NCBI GenBank assembly: GCA_964016885.1
Contig: OZ024750.1
Span: forward strand, 48,360,001-48,424,000
Length of the DNA stretch: 64,000 nucleotides
Source of the DNA: Eledone cirrhosa
Taxonomy: Eukaryota
Reading direction: 5' to 3'
Both the position numbers and the translations under genes were made by a program. Position 1 is the first letter of the stretch; every line of letters begins with the position of its first letter. Shown piece by piece: positions 32,486 through 47,000 of this stretch. The notes under the pieces were generated by a model that searched no databases, was not told the origin of the DNA, and saw nothing but the letters and a program-made list of their open reading frames with translations.

Positions 32486-33008
32486 TATTATTAAAGATGC
32501 AACACATGAGAAAAGAATAGGGTCTGTGATGCAATGGTCTAGACGTAAAGTATCTAATTGATTATGGAATTTCTTGACTACAAATATTTGGCTTGTCAAA
32601 GAATGTTTTAAATTACATTTGATAATATTCATATATAAATTGAAACCTCTACAACATCATATAATACATATAATATTTTGAATAAGGAAAACAAAATACA
32701 TACTTCCACATTTTTGTAAACTATTTTTTAATTTTCATTTATTCTTCAAAATATTTATCTGTGCATAGGTATTTTTGTGAATAAATTAGATATATGTTGC
32801 ACAATATATAGAAATAAATATAAATTGAAGCTTTTGTTACACATATTTCAAAAATATGAAATATGTAGCAGATATAATTTAATATACTTTTCCTAATGTA
32901 TCTTTATAAAATGAGAAATATTAAACTTTATCATTTAATACGACTATATAAAACCAACACACCCAGATACACACCCGTACACCACACACACACACACACA
33001 CATAAGCG

Positions 33009-33123
<115 letters not shown>

Positions 33124-33173
33124 ATACTTGAATTAAATCTACTGTCATTCTCTCCGATTGCCCCTCTCCTTTT

Positions 33174-33212
<39 letters not shown>

Positions 33213-33379
33213 TTATATATAACATGCCGAAGCATTACATTTTGTTTATTAACGTTTTATATTAAAACTATTTAATGCCATTTTATAATATTAAATATGA
33301 CGATATGGATGGTGAGGTTTGGTGATTTTATTCCTAATATCGATATATGTAATAATAATAAATAAAGAACAACAACAAC

Positions 33380-33414
<35 letters not shown>

Positions 33415-34759
33415 AAAGTCTCTTTAAACGGTTATGGTATTAGATGATGTGAGAATAGTGTGAATGAATATATATGATATACAACAAATCATATTTCAGA
33501 GAATCCATCTCTTATGCTCTATCAAATTATTATAAAAACCTATTATTCAAAATCGCATATAATGCTTCCCCTCTGTCTACAGATAGCCTGCATTCTAATG
33601 GGTAAGCTGTTGGATTCATGGAGATATGGTTATCGGCTCGATTACTGGAACATGTGTTATGTTTTAAAATAAAATGTTTACTTTTCACTGCTCCATCTAC
33701 CAGAATGTGGGACAGGGGAAAGCAATACAAAACAATGAAGATATATTAGTTTAACCAGTGATATAATAATATGTCAGGCGTTAGTCCTTCATTTCATGAT
33801 AGTATGTGATAAATGGTGAGTTAGAATGATACAGGAAAGTAAGAGAAAAGACAGGTGAAATACTTTAAGAGGAAGAGACGAGTTCACATATGTCAGCCAT
33901 ATATATATTAACCATGATGTAGTCGCTTGACCCAGATCAGTGACATGCTTGGTAGCAACACATCGCTCTACTCATTTAAACACACTTTTCTTCATTAAAT
34001 CTATCTCGAGAAATGGGACCACCCAAAGCCTCAATTTTCTTTCTCCTTTTTCCAATAGGCAAAAATATTTTCATTGTAAATTCTCTTAAATGTTTATGCA
34101 TATTTGTTGTCTAGCACGTGTTTATCTTTTTCACTTTTTTTGGATTTATCCAATCACCTGCTCCCCAGTTCTATGCGTGTCGTTTTCACCTATATTTTAC
34201 CTATATTCATATAGAAGCATAATATGTAACGTGATTGGAAAACATTGTTATAACAGTGTACTTTTTTTTATTAATTTTATGAGGCAGCTGGGGAGGAGCG
34301 AGTAATTCCTTAGCAATGAAAAGTAGTAACATAACTTATAAGACGTAAATTAACTACTTTAAAATTAGATAGAAAGGCTAACGGCAATTATTCGTTGGTA
34401 AAACAAACATATTCTGTCACGCTGAAACAGGAAAGCTTCAGAAATTAATCCAAAGCCTTGTTAGCGGTAAAAAGGCAATAATTTGTTGAATTATATTATG
34501 GTTTACAACACATTGGCATCAGCTAAAAGGTGATGGCGTCACGATGTCTCGACCTCATTGAAATCAGCGAATTTGTCGTACAATCACGACACAGCGTCTT
34601 AAGAATTGTATGACACATCGTATAATGTAATGCTTACTATAACCCCAAATTTAACCCTAAACACCTCAAAAACACCATCAACAAAAATACCATTCTCTAC
34701 AGAATATATTGGTTTTCATTTGATAAAGAGTTTGTAACATTAATATATTATGGATTCAT

Positions 34760-35030
34760 ATTCTGAGTTCAAATCCCGCCTATGTTGACTTTGCCTTTCA
34801 TGCTCACGGGGTCGATAAAATAAAGTACCAATCACGCACTGGGGTCGATTTGCCCTCACTCAAAATTACTGGCCTTGTGCCTAAATAAGAAACCAATATA
34901 TTATGGATTCAAATTCTGAGTTCAAATCCCGCCGAGGTTAACTTTGCCTTTCATCCTTACGGGGTCGATCAAATAAAGTACCAGTAATGCACTGGGTAAT
35001 TGCTGGCCTTGTGCCTAAAATAGATATTAT
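34760..35030 (+). mobile_element. Two tandem 5'-truncated SINEs
   Basis: ttctgagttcaaatcccgcc..ggggtcgat..ggccttgtgcctaaa twice; aatatattatggattca duplicated. Confidence 0.85.
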
Positions 35031-35599
35031 ATTATGGGTTATATGGTAAAACTATTGTCTAGTGATGTCACTCTTTACTCCACAATAGTTCTTCTATTGT
35101 GTTTCTCATTCGTATTATACCAAACCTCCCAATTAATTACATCACAATGTTTCCTATAAACTATAGCTTCAATGACTTAATTTATACAGGATCAAGCCGG
35201 AGAAATGGAACAGAGATCGGACAAGTCGTTATTCCCGATATTATTCTCCCCTTACAAACTATTTCATATGGAGGCAAGTGAAACAAAATATATAGGTCAA
35301 CCCTACAACATACCACGGTCGTAGAATTCGGAGTGCAACATCCTAAACGACTAGACAAAATAAGTTCAAACTGGCACGGGTAATTACTGAACTTTTAGCC
35401 AGAAATTTATTATTATTTAAATGATTTTTTTTATTAAATTTGCTAACGTATTTTCTGTTTATGTAAAGCTTCTTCATCAAGCGATAGGATGCATGCAGTG
35501 AGACTTTGGAGCCAGAATCACTAGTCATATGACCAAGGACAACAGAGTTCGTGGTGGACATCGACAAGGAATTAAATTTGTTATATTTAGAAACATCTG

Positions 35600-36805
35600 G
35601 GATTTGTTCGTACCGCTTTTCTGCTCTGCCAAGTCCATATGTGCCACAAAATGCACCATGGACTATCATTTCTAAGTTGTCGTTACGTCTCTTATGTTAG
35701 TTCTAGGCTAGCGGTGTACATTGTATGGTAATATGCCATATAGTTTCTACGTTCATGCCATACATTCTACACTTATCACATTCTTCTGTGTGGTCTATTC
35801 TATGCTTGATGTCGTTAGTTCTAGTGTCTATTCTATTTTGCTGATACTGATTTTCCAGTGCTCTGTATCTTTTGTTTTTATTTCTAAGAATACCCACCCC
35901 TCTATGTTTGGACTAAGACAGAAATGTTTTCTTTATCTACCTTAATATTAGTTTCTTGTTTCCTTTATTCTTTCCGTTGCTTTGACATTTACACCATTTT
36001 TTCAGCTACAACAATGCTTGCAGATTTTATCAGGTCATTTAATTCAGTGATGTTATCTGTTTTGATGTATTTGAGAACTTCATTCACCTTATATGTTTCT
36101 TGGTTCAGCTTTCATTACTCAACCTTCTTTATGTTACAAATAAGATTCCTATTGTCCTCCTGTAACCTTTATTCTGCCGTACATTACCCACACCTGTAAT
36201 TTTTTTATATATATTTTTTTATATATTTCTCTCACCAGACAAACAATTTCTAACCTATTTATGTGGATTACCAGAAATCTATTCTTCCTCTGCTGACGTT
36301 TCCTTTTCCTGGGTAAGACATTCATTCTCACCATTTATTTCACTGCTGTTTCCTGATAACCATTTTTCGATATCTTCGAAATCCACTTCTGCCAATCAGC
36401 GATATTTTCTTATTGCTCGGGCTTGGTCACATACCTTCTGCTCTGTGAGTTGAAACAAACCTCTCTCTCTCTCTCTCTCGGTTATGCATTCGCAGTCGGT
36501 ATCCTTTGATAAGAACCCGTTTTACTCTACAGGATTGTTCAAGTTGTAACACTTCCTGGCCACAATATTTACTTGTTTACTCCATCTCTGTGGTAGTTGC
36601 TGCTCCATTGCTGGACCAGGTGCATCGTATCCGCAGGGCATGATACTTTCACCATGGAGGGTTCCTGTCCAGTTAATGTAGTTATCTAATTTATTTTAAA
36701 GTTAACATAATCACTCATATGAGATTGAAAAAGTTCGATTTACCATATGAGGTAGAGAGTATTAGATTCTCGCAACTCTAGCGCCTTTATCGTGACGCCA
36801 TCACT
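35600..36805 (-). mobile_element. Internally deleted R4/Dong-type LINE relic
   Basis: N-terminal RWSKQVNIVARKCY and LFQLTEQKVCDQARAIRK; C-terminal CRMYGMNVETIWHITIQCTPLA zinc-knuckle remnant; no RT between them. Confidence 0.75.
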
Positions 36806-36809
36806 ATTA

Positions 36810-37950
36810 TCATTACGGTAGAGGCTCGGAAACCATGCTTTGCAGCAAAGAGTTACGGCACTTTATGGTCTGAGTTCAAATCCCGCCAAGGTTAACTTTG
36901 CCTTTCATCCTTACGGGGTCGATAAAATAAAGTACCAGTAATGTACTGGGTAATTGCTGGCCTTGTGACTAAAGTAGAAACAATTATTATTATTATTAAG
37001 GGCGGTAAATTTGCAGTATCGGTAGAGCGTCGAACAACCTACTTGGCAGCATAGAGTTATGCCCCTTTATGATGAGTTCAAATCCCGCAGTTACCTTTGC
37101 CTTTCATCCTTACGGGGACGATAAAATAAAGCACCAGTCACGCACTGGGATCGATTTAATTGACTTTCCCCACCCCCATAATTACTGGCCTTGTGCCTAT
37201 ATAAGAAATCATTATTATTGTTATTAAGGGCGGTCAATTTGCAGTATCAGCAGATCGTCGGACAACCCACTTGGCAGCATAGAGTTACGGCCCTTTATGA
37301 TATGAGTTCAAATCCTACCGATGTTAACTTTCATCCTTACGGGGTCGATAAAATAAAGTACCAGTTACGCACTGGGGTCGATTTAATCGACTTTACCCTC
37401 CCCCAAAATGGCTGGCCTTGTTGCTATATGAGAAACCCTTATTATTAAGGTAGTGAATTGGCAGTATCGGTGATAGTGTCGGGCGCCATGCTTTGCAGCA
37501 TAGAGTTACTTCCCTTGTTATTCTGAGTTCTAATCCCACCGAGGTTAACTTTGCCTTTCATCCTTAAGGGGGTCAATGAAATAAGGTACCAGTAATGCAC
37601 TGGTAATTGCTGGCCTTGTGCCAAATGTAGAAACAATTATTATTACCATAAAGGTACCATTATTACTATGACTTTGCCTTTCATCCTTACTGGGTCGATA
37701 AAATAAAGTACCAGTAATGCACTGGGTATTTGCTGGCCTTGTGCCAAAAGTAGAAACAATTATTTCCGGTGAATTGGCAGTATCGGTAGAGGGTCGGACA
37801 TGCTTTCCAAAGTAGTTACATCCCTTTACGATCTGAGTTCAAATCTCACTGATGTTAACTTTGCCTTTCACTCTCAAGGCTCGATAAAATAAAATACCAG
37901 TAATGTACTGTATAATTGCTGACCTTATGCCAAACGTAGAAATAATTATT
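36810..37950 (+). mobile_element. Head-to-tail cluster of six SINE copies
   Basis: Units at ~36810, 37000, 37228, 37450, 37670 (truncated) and 37768, separated by (ATT)n. Confidence 0.9.
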
Positions 37951-39089
37951 ATCCCCACTGTTATTATTAGCATAATTAATGTAAACAACTCCATTTTGTT
38001 TGTGTATCTGGTGGCCATGGAGAACGGTCGTATAGTGGATGCACCTGAAAGAATTACATGAATGAATGGGCCTGCTCTGAGCGTGTGCCTGGGAGAGGGC
38101 ACTTCTCCTGGTGGTCAGGGTGAATGTGGCGTTTGTGGGCTTTTATTTTGTGTCTCTTTTTTGTACATCTTTTGTCTTTGTTTTATTCTCATATTTGTAC
38201 ACGTAGAAAACCACATTATTCCGTCCTGTGCTGTCCTTAATGTATTTGTAAACCCCTTGTGGTTAGCATAGAAAATATTATTATTATTATAATCATCATC
38301 ATAATCATCATTTTACGTCCACTTTTCCCTGCTTGCAAGGATGGGACGGGAACTGATTCTGGCTTGATTTCTACAGCTGGATGCCCTTCCTAACACCAAC
38401 CTCATTTACAGTGAGTACTGGGTGCTTTTTTGCCGTGGCACCTCCACGACCACTTTGCAGTGGAATGATATGGACCCCACTCCCTATCATCTCATTTCTA
38501 CAGCTGAGTAAACTGGCGCAATGTGAATTAAAGTGTCTTGCTCAAGGAAACAACACAAGACACTTTATTATTATAATTACTAGCAGCAGCAGCAGCAAAA
38601 GTGGTAGCATTCTACTTCGATGTTTTTGATCGCAAGAAAAATATTGTTGGTGTTGCTGTTGTTGTCTGTAAAAACTTCGGTTGAGTTGTGCATTTCAAAG
38701 TTTTTTATCGTATCAAGTTTATTGGTATTGTTGAGTTTTAAGTTGTTGTTGATGTTGATTTTGCTGTGTTTATTAATACTATTAGCCATATTTTTCTTAA
38801 ATTTTCCCTTCTGATAAAAGGAAAATTATTATTGATATGTTGCAAATGCCACTACCACAACAACAACAACAGCAACAGCAAAGGAAAACATGTTAACAGA
38901 AAAAAGTAAGAAAAGCAGCACGAATAGGAACAACAACAACTAGAGAAGTAACAGAAGCAGACATGACGAGACTCCAAAAGTGATAATATGCTTCACGAAG
39001 GAGGCTAAAGTAACGAACAGAGTCTAGGTCAAAGTAGAGGAAATGAAGGAGGCTAAGCTGTAAGTAATAATGAGCAGCCACCGAATCAG

Positions 39090-40620
39090 CTTAGCTTACC
39101 CACTCGACATCACGGAGACTGGCGTCTTTGAACAGTCTGCTACCACATAATTCGTAGAAAATTCCATAGGGTGGCCCGGGCGAGCGAATATCAAGTCCAA
39201 AATACTATCGTGTGGGCATATAAAACATATATAGAGCAGGTGATAATATATATAGTATAGAGGATGTCCCTTTTGTGACCCCTCGAGAAGCCAGGACACA
39301 CTCGATGACGCTACATTGCAGCGAATCGACAACCGCGGGGTCAACATAGCGTGGACAAAGGCTTGTTAGGGGAATATTAACCGACCCTCGATAACCATCT
39401 CTTGCCAACGTCGTGGAAACAAAGACAATCCTGGAGACGGTAAACATAAAGTAAGGAAACTGAACAGGATCGAGGATGGAACTGTTGATCCACACAAACC
39501 AGGAAAATATAGAATCCATGACCGATATGATAGAACTTGACAATGACAGCTACGTACCCATGACCATCGACAATTAATTCCTAAATTACCAGATTTGTGG
39601 GGAGAAAACCCACCTAAAAGCGTTCTGTCGAAAACAAACAAAAGTAAGGATGAGGCCCTCTTTTCTTCCCACACCGGATCGTATGCTGGGAGCAACTGAG
39701 TCGGCTGAGTCTGCAGTCACAGCAAAACAAAACAAAAAAAAAAACAACACCGGGATTGGAACGGCAACCAAAAAATACCCCTTTCACCACAACCACCACA
39801 AACTATAACACCAACGGCTGTGAAAAATATACCCCCTCCCCGATATCATACAGTTGGACAAAGATTGTGAGGCGGTGGTGGGAGGAAAAGAATGTGGAAA
39901 CAAACAAAAAATGAAGATTTGCCTCTTCAACCAAAAAATAAACAGGATGAAACAAATAAACAATCTCGGGACTTCAACAGCTCAACCATCATTATCCTCA
40001 TCAGGTCCAAACAACCTCCACCACCATTATTATCACCATCAGCTCCCCCCCCCACATACACACATACACAAACCTCAAAAAGTGCCAACAACAACCCGAA
40101 CTTCCAAACCCACATCCGCAACAAAATCAGGCCCAAAACTCTGCTAAACGCAGAGTTTAAGACTTTAGTATAAGTGTTAGCAAATCAGTTGGTGCTTGTA
40201 GTCGAGGATTTGGTTACGGGAACCATAAACTTGCCCAATTTCGAACAGGTCCATTCACGACACCCTCCACCTCATGCGATACATCATAGAATGGGCTGGG
40301 TGTAAACCTGGTTTCGGCGGGACTCTGGTCAAATTAGATCTAGTGAAAGCTTTCGATAACCTCGATCATTAATACCTGGAGGCTGTCCTCGAGGCCACTT
40401 GCTTTGGTTCCATCATCAGAGGCTGGATTGCTGCAATGCACAGGGGCATCTGCTCGGTGGTCAGTCAAAGTTAATGGCCATCTTCAGTAACCGTTTCAGA
40501 TCTCCTGATAGTTGTGTCAAAGGTGGCTTCTCTCCTCCCTTCTGTATGTAGTGGCTCTCGAGCCATTACTGAGGAAGCTGGAGCTATTGCAGGGCATCCT
40601 GATCAAACCGGGACGTTGAA
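39090..40620 (+). mobile_element. L1/Tx1-like LINE relic (probable ORF1 region plus RT fragment)
   Basis: 40310-40600 encodes LVKLDLVKAFDNLDH.YL and SPLLYVVALEPLLRKL; upstream boundary uncertain. Confidence 0.7.
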
Positions 40621-40892
40621 AGGCGTGTCGAAGTGCTCGTAAATCGAGGTGGTTGGACCACAACAGAGTAGTTATTCTCACCATCAAATGGGACAAGAGC
40701 AAGCTCTCCCTCAAATTCCAGGACGGGCAGACATTTTCACTCTGTCTTGTGGCGATAGTGAAAGTGCTTATATGATGGACCAGGTTGAAAGGACTGAAGA
40801 CAATACCTTTCACTTTGGCCAACCCTTTAATGCACTAAGGTCGATTTAATCGAATTTCACCTTCTCTTAACATTGTTGGCCCCGTGTTTAAA

Positions 40893-41367
40893 AGGGCGGT
40901 GAATTGGCAGTATCGGTAGAGCGTCTACAACATGCTTTGCTGCATAGAATTACGGCCATTTACATTTTGATTTCAAATCCAACCTAGATAACTTTGTCTT
41001 TCATCTTTACGGAGTGGATAAAATAAAGTACCAGTAATGCACTAGGGTAATTGCTGGCCTTGTGCCAAAAGTAGAAACATTATTATCACCATTGCCTTTC
41101 ATCTTTACGGGGTCGATAAAATAAAGTACCAGTAATGCACTGGAATAATTGCTGGGCTTGTGCTAAAAGTAGAAATAATTGTTTCTACATTTGGCACAAG
41201 GCCAGTGATTATCCCAGTGTATTACTGGTACTTTATTTTATCGACCCCGTAAGGATGAAAGGCAAAGTTAACCTCGGCGGGATTTGAACTCAGAATGGCA
41301 AGGGCCGTAACTCTATGCGTCAAAGCATGGCGTCCGACCCTCTACCGATACTGCCAATCCACTGCCT
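40893..41367. mobile_element. SINE cluster: one full plus copy, one truncated plus copy and one full minus copy tail-to-tail
   Basis: A/B boxes at 40904 and 40971 (+); minus copy at 41177-41365. Confidence 0.88.
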
Positions 41368-42293
41368 TAAGTAGAAATAATGATTTGATGTTAGCTGTTT
41401 TTACCATAACTGTGAATATTTTCTACCACATTGATTTCCTTACTTCAGACTTACTTTTATTCTTTATTCCTGTTGTCTTTACAAAATTATAATTTTCCAT
41501 AACATGTTCTGATATGTTTGTACGTTCAGTTACGTATTTCAAATTCATTATTTTACGTGCTAGTTTTTCACTTTCCGATTTACGAAAACTCCTAACTTAA
41601 TACTAATCCTCAAGCAAATATTTTCATCTCTAGGTATTCGATAATTCAAATTTTAATTAATTACAATTTCGTAGTTGTCGCACCTTTGCCTAGACAAGAT
41701 TTAATCAACATTAATCTTTGGGACAGTTTGACTCTCCTCACTTCAATATTAATTTCTTAATCAACAGCAAATCTTTTGTTCATTACATTAAACACGTTAA
41801 CAGTAACGCCACTATAGTTATTACTAGTAATAAATACAGCACTAGATTCTCTACAAAAAATATATATCAGCATTTTTTTACATTTTTTCTACAATATCAT
41901 ACTTATATAGGGGTTCAAATAATTTGGATTAAGCATTTCGTAACGTGTAGAATATCGTGCATTTTAACCAACAAACTAAATCCGTTCAAATGGAGCATTA
42001 AATGTTAGATATAATTATTACAAAGATGTTTAATGTTAATTTGTAGATGTTTATTAGTCATTTTATTCAACACAGAATTCTTTCTATCAAAAGTAACACT
42101 GAGGAAACTAATTCAGTCGAGGAAATATGTTGACGTTTTAATGCCATTTCTTAATCTATTTCAAAACTGGTAAATTAAGAACGACACACAATATCCTGCT
42201 TCAAATTATATTCATTAATTCTTATCCTGAAATACAATACATACCAAACTATTCCAAGACCACATTCTAACATACTTGTTATCATTATGTTAC

Positions 42294-42615
42294 GTGGATT
42301 GGCAGTATCGGTAGAGGGTCGGACGCCATGCTTTCCAGCATAGTTACGTCCCTTTACGATCTGGGTTCAAATCCCGCCGAGGTTGACTTTGCCTTTCATC
42401 CTTACGGGGTCGATAAAATAAAGTACCAGTAATGCACTGGGTAATTGCTGGCCTTGTGCCTAAAGTAGAAACAATTATGTTACGTCCTTTTACGATCTGA
42501 GTTCAAATCACGCCGAGGTTGACTTTGCCTTTCAACCTTACGGGGTCGATAAAATAAAGTACCAGTAATGCACTGGTTTATTTGCTGGCCTTGTGCCTAA
42601 AGTAGAAACAATTAT
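42294..42615 (+). mobile_element. Near-consensus SINE plus a tandem truncated copy
   Basis: tggcagtatcgg A box, ggttcaaatccc B box, central gcctttcatccttacggggtcgataaaataaagtaccag (resembles the Meta/MESC domain); attatgttacgt flanks the first copy. Confidence 0.92.
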
Positions 42616-43130
42616 TTTCAACATTTACTGTTCCATTTGCATGGTTGTAGCCTTCTCATAAAACACACTGTTCCCTACATAGTATATGAGTATGATGGCA
42701 TATTACAATATATGAAGCATATATGAAATATAAAGTTATAGTTTGAATGTTGTATCATAGAACTTCCTACTAGGGCGTGAATCATTTTATTATTTCATAG
42801 AAAATATCTACATATTGGATAATGTGTTCCCCTGAGTTATGTGTATTGTGTAAAAGAGAAATGTCATATACCGCCTCAGATAGAAGTGAGAAAGGGTGGG
42901 TTAGACTGATGGAGATATATAGGGGAGGGAGTGTTAGACAGATGGAGAGAAGGAGGGGGCAGAGTTAGACAGATGGAGAGAAAGAGGGGAGGGAGAGTTC
43001 AGAATTAGCCGTCGAAACGGCTTGAGCTCTGCCGTCGGGGTCATACTTGTTCCTATATATATATATATATACATATATATATTGTATAGAAGGAGCTTCT
43101 ACAGGACTAGTACTGTTTCATTCAGATGAA

Positions 43131-43181
43131 AGCTTCCTGAAGATTTCATCTGAATGAAACAGTACTAGTCTTGTAGAAGCT
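43131..43181 (+). ncRNA. Type I hammerhead ribozyme, family F
   Basis: AGCTTC-CTGAAGA-tTTCatctGAAt-GAAACAG tactagtc TTGTA^GAAGCT; AATAAA at 43192; inverted partial copy at 43081-43131 has CTGT, pairing stem III perfectly. Confidence 0.75.
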
Positions 43182-43267
43182 ACTTCTATACAATAAATAT
43201 ATTTTACTCTGCCATGTATTGAGTACCTTACTTACTGTGGTTATCCCCGACTCAACCCGGGACCTAC

Positions 43268-43299
<32 letters not shown>

Positions 43300-43303
<4 letters not shown>

Positions 43304-43484
43304 CGAAGGGAATGTGGTAAGGAACCAGGTGGACCATACGTACCAAAGTACTCAATAGTTAGGGTAGTAGAGTGGGTAATAGGAACGAGTAGGACCCTGA
43401 AGGCTGAGCTCAAGCCGTTTCGACGGCGAAATCCAGAATTAGCCGTCGAAACGGCTTCAGCTCAGCCGTCGGGATCCACTCGTT

Positions 43485-43487
<3 letters not shown>
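43300..43487. repeat. Family H repeat, palindromic copy (further piece at 42998-43053)
   Basis: gacggc..gccgtc GAAACGGCT tcagctc AGCCGTC ggga. Confidence 0.75.
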
Positions 43488-43520
<33 letters not shown>

Positions 43521-43858
43521 TATGTAGGCGATGCAGCTGTGTATTGCACGTTATCTAATTATATTTCCTTATTCTGATATCCTTTATGTGCTAAACAAAA
43601 TGAAAATAATATAGGAATATGCAGCTTTGCATATTAATCTAATGTAATAAGATTGACTGAGCATTACACACACACATACACATACACACATATATAGGCA
43701 TGTATGCATACACGCCTTCTCACACTCTCTATCTCTATCTCTCCCTATATATATATAGAGAGAGAGCGAGAGAGAGAATGATAGAGGAGAGGTAAATAGA
43801 TGAACAGGCAGAAATATCTATAGATACAGAGATACATCGATAATAGATAGATAGATCG

Positions 43859-43889
<31 letters not shown>

Positions 43890-44074
43890 TAGATAGATAG
43901 ATAGATAGATAGATACCTTCATATACACTTATCTACCAACGATATCAAGTCCTTCCCCCCAAAAAAAGGAAGTTACGAAAAGATTCAGCAACAAAACTGT
44001 GCTCTCTTCTGTTGCTATTCCTGTTTTCACCATTTTTCTTTTTCTCACTTTCCATTTATACCCAATTTCTTCGC

Positions 44075-47000
44075 CCTCCTTCTCTTATCTGTCTAACTCT
44101 CACCCCTTCTCTCCATCTTTATAACTATCCCCTCCTTCTCTCCTTCTTTATAACTCTCTCCTCCTTCTCTTATCTGTTTAACTCTCAATCCTTCTCTCCA
44201 TATTTATAACTCTCCCCCCCCTTCTCTCCTTCTTTATAACTCTCTCCTCCTTCTCTTATATGTCCAACTCTCACCCCTTCTCTCCATATTTATAACTCTC
44301 CTCTGCTTCTTTATAACTCTCTCCTCCTTCTCTCATCTGTCTAACTCTCACCCCTTCTCTCCTTCTTTATAACTCTCCTCTCCTTCTCTCCTTCTTTAGA
44401 ACTCTCTCCTCCTTCTCTTATCTGTCCAACTCTCACCCCTTCTCTCCATATTTATAACTCTCCCCCCCCCCTTCTCTCCTTCTTTATAACTCTCTCCTCC
44501 TTCTCTTATATGTCCAACTCTCACCCCTTCTCTCCATATTTATAACTCTCCTCTGCTTCTTTATAACTCTCTCCTCCTTCTCTCATCTGTCTAACTCTCA
44601 CCCCTTCTCTCCTTCTTTATAACTCTCCTCTCCTTCTCTCCTTCTTTAGAACTCTCTCCTCCTTCTCTTATCTGTCCAACTCTCACCCCTTCTCTCCATA
44701 TTTATAACTCCCCCCCCCCCTTCTCTCCTTCTTTATAACTCTCTCCTCCTTCTCTTATCTGTCCAACTATCACCCCTTCTCTCCATCTTTATAACTCTCC
44801 TCTCCTTCTCTGCTTCTTTATAACTCTCTACTCCTTCTCTGATCTGCCTAACTCTCACCCCTTCTCTCCTTCTTTATAACTATCCTCTCCTTCTTTATAA
44901 CTCTCTCCTCCTTCTCTTATCTGTGCAACTCTCACCCCTTCTCTCCATCTTTATAACTCTCCTCTCTTTATCTGCTTCTTTATAACTCTCTCCTCCTTCT
45001 CTCATCTGCCTAACTCTCCCCCTTCTCTCCTTCTTTATAACTCTCCTCTCCTTCTTTGTAACTCTCTCCTCCTTCTCTTATATGTCTAACTGTCACCCCT
45101 TCTCTCCATTTGTATAACTCTCCTCTCCTTCTCTCCTTCTTTATAACTCTCTCCTCCTTCTCTTATCTGTCTAACTCTCACCCCTTCTCTCCTTTATAAC
45201 TATCCCCTCCTTCTCTCCTTCTTTATAACTCTCTCCTCCTTCTCTCATCTGTCTAACTCTCACCCCTTCTCGCCTTCTTTATAACTCTCCTCTCCTTCTC
45301 TCTTTCTTTATAACTCTCTCTTCCTTCTCTCATCTGTCTAACTCTCACCCCTTCTCTCCATCTTTATAACTCTCCTCTCTTTCTTTTCTTCTTTATAACT
45401 CTCTCCTCCTTCTCTCATCTGTCTAACTCTCAACCCTTCTCTACTTCTTTATAACTCTTCTCTCCTTCTTCATAACTCTCTCCTTCTTCTCTTATCTGTC
45501 TAACTCTCACCCCTTCTCTCTATCTTTATAACTATACCCTCCTTCTCTCCTTCTGTATAACTCTCTCCTCCTTCTCTTATCTGTCTAACTCTCACCCCTA
45601 CTCTCCATCTTTATAACTATCCCATCCTTCTCTCCTTCTTTATAACTCTCTACTCCTTCTCTTATCTGTCTAACTCTCACCCCTTCTCTCCACCTTTATA
45701 ACTATCCCCTCCTTCTCTCCCTCTGTATAACTCTCTCCTCCTTCTCTCATCTGTCCATCTCTCACCCCTTCTCTCCATCTTTATAGCTCTCCCCTCCTTC
45801 TCTCCTTCTTTATAACTCTCTCCTCCTTCTCTCATCTGTCCAACTCTCACCCCTTCTCTCAATCTTTATACCTCTCTCCTCCTTCTCTCCGTCTTTATAA
45901 CTTTCCCCTCCTTCTCTCCTTCTTTATACCTCTCTCCTCCTTCTCTCATATGTCCAACCCTCACCCCTTCTATCCATTTTATAACTCTCCCCTCCTTCTC
46001 TCCTTCTTTATAACTCTCTCCTCCTTCTCTCATCTGTCTAACTCTCACCCCTTCTCGCCTTCTTTATAACTCTCCTCTCCTTCTCTCTTTCTTTATAACT
46101 CTCTCTTCCTTCTCTCATCTGTCTAACTCTCACCCTTTCTCTCCATCTTTATAACTATCCCCTCCTTCTCTCCTTCTTTATACCTCTCTCCTCCTTCTCT
46201 CATATGTCCAACCCTCACCCCTTCTATCCATTTTATAACTCTCCCCTCCTTCTCTCCTTCTTTATAACTCCCTCCTCCTTCTCTTATCTGTCCAACTCTC
46301 ACCCCTTCTCTCTATATTTATAACTCTCCTCTCCTTTTCTCCTTCTTTATAACTCTCTCCTCCTTCTCTTGTCTGTCTAACTGTCACCCCTTCTCTCCAT
46401 TTTTATAATTCTCCTTTCCTTCACTCTTTCTTTATAACTCTCTCTCCTCCTTCTCTTATATGTCTAACTCTCACCCCTTCTCTCCATCTTTATAACTCAC
46501 CTCTCCTTCTCTCCTTCTTTATAACTCTCTCCTCATTCTCTTATCTGTCTAACTCTCACCCCTTCTCTCTATCTATATAACTCACCTCTCCTTCTCTCCT
46601 TCTTTATAACTCTCTCCTCCTTCTCTCATCTGTCTAACTCTCACCCCTTCTCTCTATCTTTATAACTCTCCCCTCCTTCTCTCCTTCTTTATACCTCTCT
46701 CCTCCTTCTCTCATCTGTCCAACCCTCACCCCTTCTCTCCATCTTTATAACTCTCCCCTCCTTCCCTCCTTCTTTATAACTCTCTCCTCCTTCTCTTATC
46801 TGTCCAACTCTCACCCCTTCTCTCCATCTTTATCACTCTCCCCTCCTTCCCTCCTTCTTTATAACTCTCTCCTCCTTCTCTTATCTGTCCAACTCTCACC
46901 CCTTCTCTCCATATTCATAACTCTCCCCCCTTCTCTCCTTCTTTATAACTCTCTCCTCCTTCTCTCCTTCTTTATACCTCTCTCCTCCTTCTCTCATCTG

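Noticed and set aside
41600-42180. Possible DNA transposase remnant
   Set aside because: No motif could be confidently identified
42294-42380. tRNA gene
   Set aside because: A and B boxes belong to the SINE head; no cloverleaf
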